The notes beneath the pieces are model-generated. The model ran no database searches. It was not told the origin of the DNA and saw nothing but the letters and a program-made list of their open reading frames with translations. A stretch of DNA of 64,000 bases from Chiloscyllium plagiosum (Eukaryota), in NCBI RefSeq assembly GCF_004010195.1, contig NC_057753.1, positions 14,235,937 through 14,299,936 on the forward strand, given 5' to 3'. A program made the position numbers and the translations under genes. This document shows positions 52,564 through 64,000 of the stretch, one piece after another (within the stretch, counting starts at the first letter, position 1; each line of letters starts with the position of its first letter).

Positions 52564-52844
52564 TATCTTTGTAATCAGGCGGCTGGATGTTTTATGAGAC
52601 CCATTCTGAAACCACGCCCTCAGATCATAGCTGTCGTACTTCTGAGTGTTCGCAACTCACTACATTTCATGCGTGGTGAGGTTATAAGCATGTGAGCATG
52701 CAAGCTGATTCTAAGTGAATTGACACCCTGATCTGGGTTACAACAGTCTTCTTAAAATAGCGTGGTTTTTTAAAAATATTTTTCTTCCTTCCTGCTTTTG
52801 CTTTCTAACTAATGACTTTGACTTACCCATAGGGAAATGGAGGA

Positions 52845-53175
52845 ACGGTGAGAGAGCTGTGCTGGAAGGAGGCCAGTGATAGGAATCAGTCCTGGGGTGG
52901 ATGCCAGGGATGGGAATCAGTCCTGTGGTGGCAGCCAGTGAATGGAAGCCTTCCTGAAATAGACGAAGTGATGGGAATTAGTCCCAGAGTTGAGGTCTGC
53001 AATCGGAAGTAGTGCCAGGTGGAGGTCAGGGAGGGGAAGCAGTGCTGGAGCAGAGGCTGGCGAGGGGAAGCAGTTCCTGGGAGAAAAGCCAGCGAGGGGA
53101 AGCAGTGCTGGTGTGGAGGCCAGTGTGGAGAAGCTGTCCAGGGTGGAAGTTAGCTAGGGGAATCGACTCCCAGAG
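52845..53175 (+). repeat. G-rich degenerate minisatellite (about 31-bp unit, about 10 copies) within an interspersed repeat (about 52770-53522)
   Basis: Recurring gggaa(g/t)cagt(c/g)ctgg.gtggaggccag.ga. Confidence 0.7.
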
Positions 53176-53658
53176 AAAACTTACCTTAAAGTAGCTGAGA
53201 GCCCGTGTGGAGCAAAACAAAGTCTTGGTGTGGAGCAGGGATGGTTATTGGACTGGCGTCTGGTGGACGTGGGCAGTCCACATGTGGAAGCGCAAGCGCT
53301 CACATACTGCAATGTAGTGCCTCTATGTAATCTGTTTATATGGCTATAAAAACGAATCTTTAACTGTGTCTTACTTCTGGAAATATCTTTCTGTTTTAAT
53401 CATCTTTTTGTGTCTAAGATTTGCACCGAGTTACTTGTACCTATCATGGCGCCACAGCAGGCAACATTATAAAACTTTTCATTGTACTCCTGTACATCGG
53501 TATGTGAGTAAACGTGACAATAGAGGATATACCTTTCTATATTCTGTGAGCGTGTGTTATGTATTTGTGTGTTTGTGTTCACGTGTGTGATTGATTGTAA
53601 ATATGACCACATACATATTCCAGGGTAAGTGTTATTGTGCATGACTCTGTATGTCTGA

Positions 53659-56600
53659 CAGAACATAGAACAATACAGCACAGAACAGGCCCTTCGGCCC
53701 ACGATGTTGTGCCAAACATTCGTCCTAGCTTAAGCACCCATCCATGCACCTATCCAATTGCCGCTTAAAGGTCACCAATGCTTCTGACTCTGCCACTCCC
53801 ACAGGCAGCGCATTCCATGCCCCCACCACTCTCTGGGTAAAGAACCTACCCCTGACATCTTCCCTGTACCTTCCACCCTTCATCTAAAATTTATGTCCCC
53901 CTGTAACACTCTGTTGCACCCGGGGCAAAAGACTCTGACTGTCTACTCTATCTATTCCCCTGATCATCACATAAACTTCTATTTAGTCACCCCCTATCCT
54001 TCACCGTTCCAATGAGAAAAGGCCTAGCACTCTCAACCTATCCTCGTATGATCTATTCTCCATTCCAGGCAAGATCCTGGTAAACCTCCTCTGCACCCTC
54101 CCCAAAGCTTCCACATCTTTCCTAAAGTGAGGCGACCAGAACTGCACACAGTACTCCAAATGTGGCCTTACCAAGNNNNNNNNNNNNNNNNNNNNNNNNN
54201 NNNNNNNNNNNNNNNNNNNNNNNNNNNNNNNNNNNNNNNNNNNNNNNNNNNNNNNNNNNNNNNNNNNNNNNNNNNNNNNNNNNNNNNNNNNNNNNNNNNN
54301 NNNNNNNNNNNNNNNNNNNNNNNNNNNNNNNNNNNNNNNNNNNNNNNNNNNNNNNNNNNNNNNNNNNNNNNNNNNNNNNNNNNNNNNNNNNNNNNNNNNN
54401 NNNNNNNNNNNNNNNNNNNNNNNNNNNNNNNNNNNNNNNNNNNNNNNNNNNNNNNNNNNNNNNNNNNNNNNNNNNNNNNGAACCTTATCAAATGCCTTAC
54501 TAAAATCCATGTATACTACATCCACTGCTCTACCCTCATCCACATGCTTGGTCACCTCCTCAAAGAATTCAATCAGACTTGTAAGGCAAGGACTACCCCT
54601 CACAAATCCGTGCTGGCTGTCCCTAATCAAGCAGTGTCTTTCCAGACACTCATAAATCCTACCCCTCAGTACCCTTTCCATTACTTTGCCTCCCACCGAA
54701 GTAAGACTATTTGGCCTGTAATTCCCGGGGTTAACCCTATTCCCTTTTTTGAACAGGGGCACAACATTCGCCACTCTCCAGTCCCCGGTACCACCCCCGT
54801 TGACAATGAAGACGAAAAGATCATTGCCAACGGCTCTGCAATTTCCTCTATTGCTTCCCACATAATCCTAGGATATATCCCGTCAGGCCCAGGGGACTTG
54901 TCTATCCTCAACGTTTTCAAAATGCCCAACACATCTTCCTCCCTAATAACTATCTCCTCTAGCTTACCAGTCCGTTTCATACTCTCCTCTTCAACAATAC
55001 GGTCCCTCTCATTTGTAAATACTGAAGAAAAGTACTCATTCAAGACCTTTCCTATCTCTTCCGACTCAATACACAGTCTCCCACTCCTGTCCTTGATCGT
55101 ACCTACCCTCGTTCTCGTCATTCTCATGTTTCTCACATACGCATAAAAGGCCTTGGGGTTATCCTTGATCCTCCCGGCCAAAGATTTTTCTTGCCCTCTC
55201 TTAGCTCTCCTGATCCCTTTCTTCAGCTCCCTCCTGGCTCTCCTGTATCCCTCCAACGCCCTGTCTCAACCTTGTTTCCTCAGCCTTATCTAAGCCTCCT
55301 TCTCCCTCTTTACAAGACATTCAACCTCCCTTGTCAACCAAGGTTCCCTCACACGACCATTTCTTTCCTGCCTGACAGGTACATATATATCAAGGATACG
55401 TCGTTTCTGATCCTTGAAAAAGTTCCACATTTCAATGACATCATTCCCTGACAGCCTATGCTCCCAACTTGTGCTCCTCAGATCCTGTCTTGCAGCATCG
55501 TATTTACCCTTCCCCCAATTGTAAAACCTACCCTGTTGCACGCACCTATCTCTCTCCATAACCAAGGTGAAAGTCACAGAATTGTGGTCACCATCACCAA
55601 AATGCTCACCCACTAACAAGCCCATCACTTGTCCTGGTTCGTTACCGAGTACCAAATCCAATATGGCCTCCCCTCTGGTTGGACAATCTGCATATTGAGT
55701 TAGAAAAGCTTCCTGGACACACTGCACAAACACCACCCTATCCAATCTACTTGATCCAAAGAGCTTCCAATCAATAGTTGGGAAGTTTAAATCGCCCATG
55801 TCTACTACCCTGTGGCTTCTGCACCTTTCCAAAATCTGTTTCCCAATCTGTTTCTCTACATCTCTGCTGCTATTAGGGGGGGTATATAGTAAACACCCAA
55901 CAAGGTGTCTGCTCCTTTCCTATTTCTGACTTCAGCCCATACTACCTCCAAACGCAGATCCCCCTCGACCTGACTTTCTGCAGGCATTAGACCATTTCTA
56001 ATTAGCAACGCCAAACCCCCTCCTTTTTTACCACCCTCCCGAATCTTAATGAAACATCTGTAACCAGGAACCTCCAACAACCATTCCTGTCCCTCTTCTA
56101 TCCACGTTTCCGTTATGGCCACAACATCGTAGTCCCAAGTCCCAATCCACGCCTTAAGTTCACCCACCTTATTTCTGATGCTCCTTGCATTGAAGTATAC
56201 ACACTTGAGCCTATCGCTGTGTTCGCAAGTATTCCCTGTCAGTGCTACCTTTTCCACAACTTCCCTACATTCTTGGACATCCTGAAAAACAGCTAACCAC
56301 TTGCTGGACTACAAGTCCGGATCCCATCACCCTGCCAAATTAGTTTAAACAACCACCCCCCCCCCCCCCCCCCCAAAGAATGCTAGCAAACCTACCTCCC
56401 AGGATATTGGTGCCCTTCTGGTTCAGGTGCAACCCATCCTGCCTGTACAGATCCCACCTTCCCCAGAATGCAGTCCAATTGTCCAAATACCTGAAGTTCT
56501 CCCTCCAACACCATCCTTGCAGCCACATGTTCAACTGCACTCTCTCGCTTTTCTTTGCCTCACTGTCACGTGGCACCGGCAACAACTCAGAGATGACGAC

Positions 56601-56813
56601 TCTGTCCGTCATAGCTTTTAGCTTCCAGCCTAACTCCCTGAGCTCCTGAATGACCTCCCCACCCCGCTTCCTACCTATGTCGTTGATGCCAATGTGTACC
56701 ACGACTTCTGGCTGCACACTCTCCCCCTTAAGGATACTGAAGAAACGGTCCGAGATGTCTCGGACCCTGGCACCCAGGAGGCAACAAACCAACCGAGAGT
56801 CTCGCCCATGCTC
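53659..56813 (-). mobile_element. Young CR1 LINE: 3' part of esterase ORF1, APE-RT ORF2 (few frameshifts; gap 54176-54479), 3' tail
   Basis: VVHIGIND, DGLHLN (SGNH esterase); YFNARSI, ITETW, GDLNF (APE); [29 protein letters not shown] (RT). Confidence 0.95.
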
Positions 56814-57530
56814 CTTTTCTTGCAGCAGAGAGCGGCGGGAGCTGGGCGGAAGTGAAGTCGGAGCGCAAAGCCGGTTGGGAAGGTAAGTGATTGGTATTTG
56901 AGTGGAGAAGGAACCCGAGACGCTACACGTGTAGTTTAGTATAGTGTAGTGTCTCACTACACTACACGTGTAGTGTCTCCCACCCTCCCTCCTCCTCTAA
57001 CCTAAAAAAATGGTTAGCTACTCAGTGTTCTTTTTTTGGAGACTAAGTGTAGAGTTATGGCAGTGCAGGCAGTGGAATGCAGTTCCTCCTGCAGGATGTT
57101 TGAGGTAGGGGTGACCATTGATGCTCCTGCTGACTTCATCTGCAGGAAGTGCAGCCAGCTCCAGCTCCTCACAGACCGTGTTAGGGAACTGGAGCTGGAG
57201 TTGGATGAACTGAGAATTATTCGAGAGGCTGAGAGGGTGATAGATTGAAGCTGCAGGGACATAGTAACGCCAGAGAACAGAGGTAGCTGGGTAACAGTCA
57301 GAGGTGGGAAGGGGAGGAAGCAGGCAGTGCATGAATCCCCTGTGGTCGTTCCCCTCAACAATAAGTGTACCGCTTTGGATACTGTTGGGGGGGGACGGCC
57401 TAGCAGGGGTAAGCTGCAGTGACCGGGTCTCTGGCACGAGGTCCGGCTCTCGGGCTCAGAAGGGAAAGGGGGAGAGGAGGAGAGCGCTAGTTATAGGAGA
57501 CTCTATAGTTAGAGGGACAGACTGGCGGTC
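56814..57530 (+). mobile_element. Inverted 5' end of the same CR1 (5'UTR + ORF1 zinc-finger/leucine zipper to the GDS motif)
   Basis: MAVQAVECSSSC...CRKCSQLQLLTDRVRELELELDEL; ...LVIGDSIVRGTD. Confidence 0.88.
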
Positions 57531-59931
57531 TGCATGAACGTTTATTTGTGTATATCTGATTCACCGGTCTTTGCAAGTGTGTTTCCATGTTTTGCATGTT
57601 CTACTTGGCGATTTTTTCTGTCCGTCTTAGTGTATGATTTGATACCTTCTGAAACGAATAGAAAGGTTAATGTAGAGCACTTTTGATTTTGGAGATAAAT
57701 TGTCTGGAGGGATAACAATGAACAAATTATCGAAGAAAATCTCAGAGTCTATCTTTGTCTTGCTCTCCTTTGTGTTCAGTGTGATATAATGTGACTCTGT
57801 ATGCCCACTCCTATGCAAGAAGGATATTAAACTCATCAGCGATTCCATCAGAGTGAGGGCCAACATTCAACCTGACAGCAGCAAAAACCTCCCGAAATGG
57901 AAAGTGTGCATTCTTTCTGCTATCCCTTTCAATTTTATGTTCGTAATTTCATTGTCGATATTTTAATGTTTGTTTTGTCCTCTGTTTCTCTTTGATCACC
58001 ACCCCTTCTTTCTGAGAATCTCTTTCCACATCTGCCATATGATATTCCAGGAGACAGACTTTCTAAAGAGTGTACATGTGCTCAGATTGTATTTTTGTAT
58101 CAGAAGAAGCTTGCATAGATCTCGCATGATAACGAAGCTCATGTTAAAACTGGTGAAATTTAGATTCTCCTCAATGCTGTCCTCTTATTGCTGTAAATCC
58201 TCTATAATTTCTTAATGTACTCATGACAATTAACAGCCTAGGCATTCAGCTCCACCACTGGACTCTAAACTATGGGACCAGTCCCAGTAGAACATCACAA
58301 GTGGCAGTACAATGGTTGACCGTTTAGAACTGCTGCCTCCCAGCGCCAGGTTAGCTGGATTGGCCATGCTTGATTGCACCAGCTGGGCGGATTACTGATC
58401 ACAAATGACTACAGGTTTACAGGAATGGGAGAGACAGGACGGACCTCGATGGAGTCATTCTCAGTTAGAATGGCTTCTGCCGCCACCAGTGCCAGTGGAG
58501 ATACAGTGATCCGTTCATTAGACAAGAATATGGAATCAGCTCCCATGGGATTATAATGCAAAGACCCAACTCCCTGGGCACACATTGTATTTCCCAATAT
58601 TGGGAGGGGCCATTCATTCTAATGCCATTCCTGATGTATATTCACGTTCCTGCTTTTTCTCAAACTCTTCAAGCAGTTTTCTGTTGCTTCCTCTCTGCTG
58701 TGTTTGTTTATCTATCGATTGCAAAATATTCAGCACTTACTTCAAGTAAATCACCTGTCAGAGTCTCAGGTTCTTGAGAATAATTGAGTGCAAATGAATT
58801 GTTTCGAACTCCCATGTGAATTAATGACCTGAATCTTTATCGATGAGAATCTCGAGTCCCTACTTCCGCAAATCTACAAGTCTGGCTTGTTGCAACATAC
58901 CCCTAGAGCAGATTAATCTAGAACGCAGCGTTCCCTGACTCAAGGATAGTGTCATATCACTGCACAGTCACAGTCTGAAGAAAATCAGTCGCAACTTACC
59001 CGAGATGATTACAGTCAGGATAAAGAGGATAATGAATGTTAATTGCACTTCCATCTTCATGTCGTATTCACAGAACCACAACAGTGGAATTTATTATGAC
59101 ACTTTGACTTATATTGCTAATCAGGCCAGAGCAGGAATTGCGCCTTTTAAATTTCTGGTCATACTAATCAAACAATCAAAGATCCTTTGGATCTTTGTTA
59201 AACCGAGAGAACAATAGTGGAGTCAATAATGAGAGAAATCACATGCAAAATGCAATTGAAAACAACAATTGATAAATTGAAATATAACACATTATCTGGA
59301 GCTTTCTTGTTTTTTGTTTGATTATGGTGTCTCAAATAAAAATTATGCTAAGTTAAGTGATACAGAGAGAACTCAACAGGAGAGAAGAGGGTGAAGCCAA
59401 AGATAGATACATGCTAATAGACTGGGATAAAGACCGCAGTATGTGATCAACACAGGAGGTCCAATCTGAGACAGTTGGCAGTCATACCAAGAAAGATTGG
59501 GAGAGGGGAATTCGTGCAATATACAGTACAAGACTTTTACTGTGTCACCCATTCTGAAATCCCACACCCAGCAAATGATTTAGTATCTCTGAATGTTCGC
59601 ACCACATTGCTTTCTCTTTGAAGTGAAGATATGAAGCTCAGAAATTCATAGCTCTCTGACATCTCACTGTCTACAACTTACATGACAACAGATTGTTGAG
59701 GTTGGAGACTAGCAAGAGTGCATTTACACGTGATTCTGTTCTTTCTCTGTCTCGTGCTCAAAGTGTGTCATTTATTTTCTCAGCAATTACAGGAAGCGCT
59801 CCAGTGGCAGTTTGATCCGAAGTTAACTTGGTTTCCTCAGTGTGAGTTTGAGCTAGTGACAGAATATTGCAGCTGCCCTGGATTCTACTCGAATTGCAAT
59901 AGGTAGAGACATATCTATTGTCTGAAGGCAT

Positions 59932-60423
59932 CGTTTTTGTAGAGCTCAGACTGTTTCTCATCACTGTGAGTTCCAGAAAGCACAGTAATACACGGCAGCG
60001 TCAGTCATGTCCAGCCTAGCTATTTTCAGACTGGTGAATTTCTTCGAGGTCTGAAAATCTACAGAAAAGCGATCTGCAGCAAATTCTGCTTTGTACACTC
60101 TACCACCACTACCTTTGCTCAGTACATATTCGGGCTGTGTGCCTGGATGCTATCGATACCAGAATAGCACATAGCTACTCAATGTAGTGTCATAGGTACA
60201 GGTAATCTTCACCGCTTCTTCTTCTGTCCGAAGTTCTGAGGCAAGTTACTGAGTGACAGAATCTGCATGACTCCGATCTGAAAAGGAGAACAAATATCAA
60301 TGGCAACATGACTGCCAGGCATCACGTAAATATGTAATTTATCATAGGAATGTGATAAGATTTTACATCACATTTACCTGTTAGGATGGGTCCCCACAAT
60401 ACACAGATACCGAGTAGCAACAT
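59932..60423 (-). pseudogene. TCR V pseudogene (two nonsense codons, 21-bp RSS spacer)
   Basis: Leader MLLLGICVLWGPILT + GTAAAT (60423-60378); V exon 60277-59969 DSVTQ*...ITCTYDT...WYR*HPG...DAAVYYCAFWN; CACAGTG-21-ACAAAAACG. Confidence 0.92.
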
Positions 60424-61103
60424 TATCTCTATCTTCTGTGTAACACGGCAGTCAGATATTTAAAAACACGCCTTCCAAAACCCCACCTTCTGTGTGATGC
60501 CGTCGCCTCTGAGTGTTCATGATGCCTGCTCTCTGTTCGGGTAAGGCTGACTCTCAGTGCATTAACACATTCCGAGCTGAGTTGCAGTCATTGTTCATAA
60601 AATAGAGCAAAGGGAATCCGGACATACTGGCTTCCATCCATGATAATCAATACCACAGAATCTCATTCCCCTTACTCACAAGAATATGTTCGTTTATTGT
60701 AATGTTTTCCAAGCGGCGCCAGTTGATGCTATTAACCAGTTAATTGCCTCAAATTACCTTCGCTACCCCAAGGTCTCCGCACACATGTCAGTGTTGTGGC
60801 ACCACAACTGCCCACAATCAAAGTGTAATCCCTCAAATTCCACAACCGGCATCACTGGACTCAATCTCCACCTCATACAGCAATTCCTCTTTTATCATTT
60901 TCACTGGACTATCCCTTTATTCTGGACCTATTCTGTTACTTCTTTGAACTCGGGCTCAGGATTATTACACTCCTTCTTTTGGATCCTCTCAGCATTCGTC
61001 ACTGAGCTCATTTGCACTTTAGATCAGACCACTATTTATCTATCTCACTAAAGACAGAGGCCTCACAGAAAAGGGCACTTTGTACGTCTGTACACGATTA
61101 TTG

Positions 61104-61105
<2 letters not shown>

Positions 61106-61185
<80 letters not shown>

Positions 61186-61247
61186 NNNNNNNNNNNNNNN
61201 NNNNNNNNNNNNNNNNNNNNNNNNNNNNNNNNNNNNNNNGTGTGTGT
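61106..61247. repeat. (GT)n microsatellite spanning a 54-N gap
   Basis: Direct observation. Confidence 0.95.
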
Positions 61248-62092
61248 TCGTATCTGAATTTGCTTATGCATGCTCAGAGTCAGTTTGTAAATCAGGGAAC
61301 GTTCGTGCACACTGGGTTGATTTTTCGATGCAATCATTATACCAGAGAAAGATATATGTTCTCCTGTGTCAGTTCTACTTCAGGCTTTCGTCCCTATTTT
61401 TAGGAAATGTTCCTTAATTATCGATTTGTGTATTACAGTTAGCAGGCCAGAGATGCATTTCCGCCACTGGATGATAAACTCTGGAGTGCAACTCACTAAT
61501 TTAATACAAATTTAGATGAACTTATTCGAAGGATGGGTGTCAGCTGAGAAATGACAGTCAAAATAGGTTTGACATTGAGTCAGGAGGCTTGCATTTAAGT
61601 CACACTTTTTCTCGAGATGTGTAATAAATCCTTGGCAGCATAATGTGGAAAAGTGTGTTTTTGCACCAATGGGAGAGACTAGGACCAAAGTGAGCAATCT
61701 TAGAATACATTGTCGCAAATTTAAAAGAGTTACTCGGGGAAACTTTCTAACTCAGAGTGAAATGAATGTGGAATTACTTTACCACAGAATCTGAGTTACT
61801 ATGTACTTTCAAAGCTGAGATAAGCACATTTATTAGTAGTAACACAATTACGTATTATGCAGACTAGATAAGAATTATAAATGCTGATTATCAGATCATC
61901 AATCATTGCATCGATTGATAGTACTGTCTCAATTAGTTAAGTAGCTTATTTCTGCTTCTATAACTCATGTTCTTAAATTAAAAGAATTAAATAATTATTC
62001 AACTCAGCAACTTATAGAGTAGGCCTGTGGACATGAACCTTTCAGCAGTGATGTGTTAAAAGTAGTTATATATTAGGAAATAGTTCATCTTG

Positions 62093-63330
62093 TCATAAGA
62101 TATAAACGCAGGATTAGCCCGTTTGGCCCATTGAGTCTGCTCCACGATTCAATCATGACTGATCTGCTCGTCATCTCCATTTTCATGCCTTCTCGTCATA
62201 ACTCTTCAAAACATTACCAATTAAAAATCTATCTAACTCCTCCTTAAATTTACTCACCATTCCAACATCCACAGCACTTTGTGGTAACAAGTTCCACAGG
62301 TTCACAACTCTTTCACAGAAGTCGTTTCTCCTCAACTCTGTTTTCTCCTCAACTAGAGTTGCAACAAAATGAAACATCCAATCCACGTCAATTTTATCGG
62401 TACCTTTTATCATCTTGAATACGTCAATTTGATCTTCTAAATGTAATGGAGTTTTGATCTCAACCATTCAAGCTCTCTTCATACAACATGCCCCTCATCT
62501 CTTGGATCAATCTAGTGGACCTCCTCGTGAATACCTCTATTTTTATCTTTCCTCAAATAAAATACTCCAGTGTGGTCTCACTGATGTGTTGTATACAACT
62601 ATACTATGTGTTGTATACAACTATACAACATAAATCCTGCTTTTGTGTTGTATAGTTGCAGCAAGACTACTTGCTTTATATTCTATTCCGTTTGCAATAA
62701 AAACCAATGTTCCATTTGCTTTCTTTATTATTTGCTGGACCAGTATGCTAGTTTTCTGTGACTCATGAACAAGGACACTCAGATACCTCTGCACTAGAGG
62801 ATTCCAAAGTCTCTCCTAATTTAGATTATATTTCCCATTCCATTTCTTCGATAACAATGCATGACCGCGCATTTATCCATGTTAATCTCTATCTGCAACA
62901 TTTGGCCCACTGTCCAAACACCCTTACATCCCTTTGTAAGGTTCTTATTTCCTTAATGAAATATACAGTCTTACCTATTTTTGTATCATCCACAAATTTG
63001 GCATTAGAACCATGTATCCCTGTATTTAAGGCGTTAATGTTGATTGTAAATAGCAGGGGTACAAGGACCGATCCCAGTGGCACACCAGTAGTTACATCTT
63101 ACCACTCAGAAAAGTATATATATCCCAACTCTGTGTACATCAGACGGTCAACTGACCAGGATAACAAATTACCCCAATCCCATATGATCCAACCTTTTGT
63201 GTTGCATCTTATCAAACGCCTTCTAGAGGTACAGTATATTATATTTGCAGGATATCCATTATTCAAATTACTTGTTACATCGTTGAAGAACACTCCCGCA
63301 AATTAGTCAAGAATGATTATAAAAGCATCA
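62093..63330 (-). mobile_element. Old 5'-truncated CR1 (RT + 3' end)
   Basis: PLGSVLVPLLFTININ, KFVDDTKIG, RVVNLWNLLPQSAV. Confidence 0.8.
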
Positions 63331-64000
63331 TTCATAAAGCCAAGTGACTAATGGAATGCGTTTTGACTTTCCAAATTAACTCAAATTGCTTCGTTGATAA
63401 TTGATTCTAACACTTTCCCAACAACGGAATCCTGCAAGAGTGAAGAAAGCAATGCTATCCGTTTGTAAACATATAAATATCCGGATATGTAAACGTGCAA
63501 ATTACCAGCGCGCAGATGTAATTTTGGAGAAGATATTATCGAACAATAATTCGAGCAGAAGGTGGAGATCTGAAAGAAAGCATTTTTTTTTATCTTTGTC
63601 GTAATTTCACTATATGTGACCAGTGATGGGTGTATTGGTGCATTGTGAATAGAGGGATTTCCGACATTTTACCTTGTAGATTTTTGAAAAGGTCAGGTTC
63701 TCACCTGATTCATTATATCCCCTCGTACAATAGCATCTCAAGCGGTCTGAAAACGTCAATGTTGTGATATCAAAAACGAAGATGCTCTTAGAATGCTCTT
63801 CGAAAGCAATAGCTCACTGTTCAAAGCTTTGTTCAAAACCTATGATTCAGTCATCGTAGAAGCAAACTACCAAATGAAGGCTCGATATATTGAGATCAAA
63901 GACAACGGCATGGTATTATTAGTTGCTACATTATGGCGTCTCCAATGAAAGGGAGGCTGACTTCTCTGACAGAAAGAACCCAAAAGAAGTAGAGTTTGAA

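Noticed and set aside
52845-53175. Ig switch region or CRISPR-like array
   Set aside because: Degenerate tandem units without unique spacers, eukaryotic context, and no adjacent constant exon
62585-62660. Short palindromic duplications (gttgtatacaac)
   Set aside because: Local slippage or template switching within an old CR1; no sign of function
1-64000. J segments and isolated CACAGTG/CACTGTG heptamers (e.g. 2096, 9137, 9600, 22187, 27318, 33757)
   Set aside because: No nonamer at 12 or 23 bp and no FGxG + donor found by eye; a systematic RSS scan was not possible

Overview
Eukaryotic, AT-rich, repeat-laden DNA from a cartilaginous fish, most likely a shark (HE1-type SINEs, CR1 LINEs with an esterase ORF1, shark IgM-like VH sequences). 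The window is part of a germline V-segment array, most likely the TCR alpha/delta locus. I find 14 V segments or relics; the intact ones have a 46-nt leader exon, a short intron, a V exon and a 23-bp-spacer RSS. Nine are TCR Valpha/Vdelta-like: three intact, one intact except for a GC splice donor, and five pseudogenes/relics. Five are immunoglobulin heavy-chain-like V segments interleaved with them, with no accompanying D-J-C cluster (TAILV-type): two intact with perfect RSS, one open ORF with Cys104->Ser, and two pseudogenes. All + strand V segments lie in one block (about 8-26.8 kb) bounded by assembly gaps. In that block the Ig-like Vs are intact and the TCR Vs are dead; in the - strand block the pattern is largely reversed. 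No convincing D, J or C segment is seen. Other elements: a near full-length CR1 with a twin-priming 5' inversion, a Gmr1-like Gypsy remnant and related solo LTRs, Penelope-like insertions with hammerhead-ribozyme cores and long TSDs, and a 201-bp direct repeat at the orientation switch. Coordinates were read by eye; family assignments come from motif recognition, not database searches.
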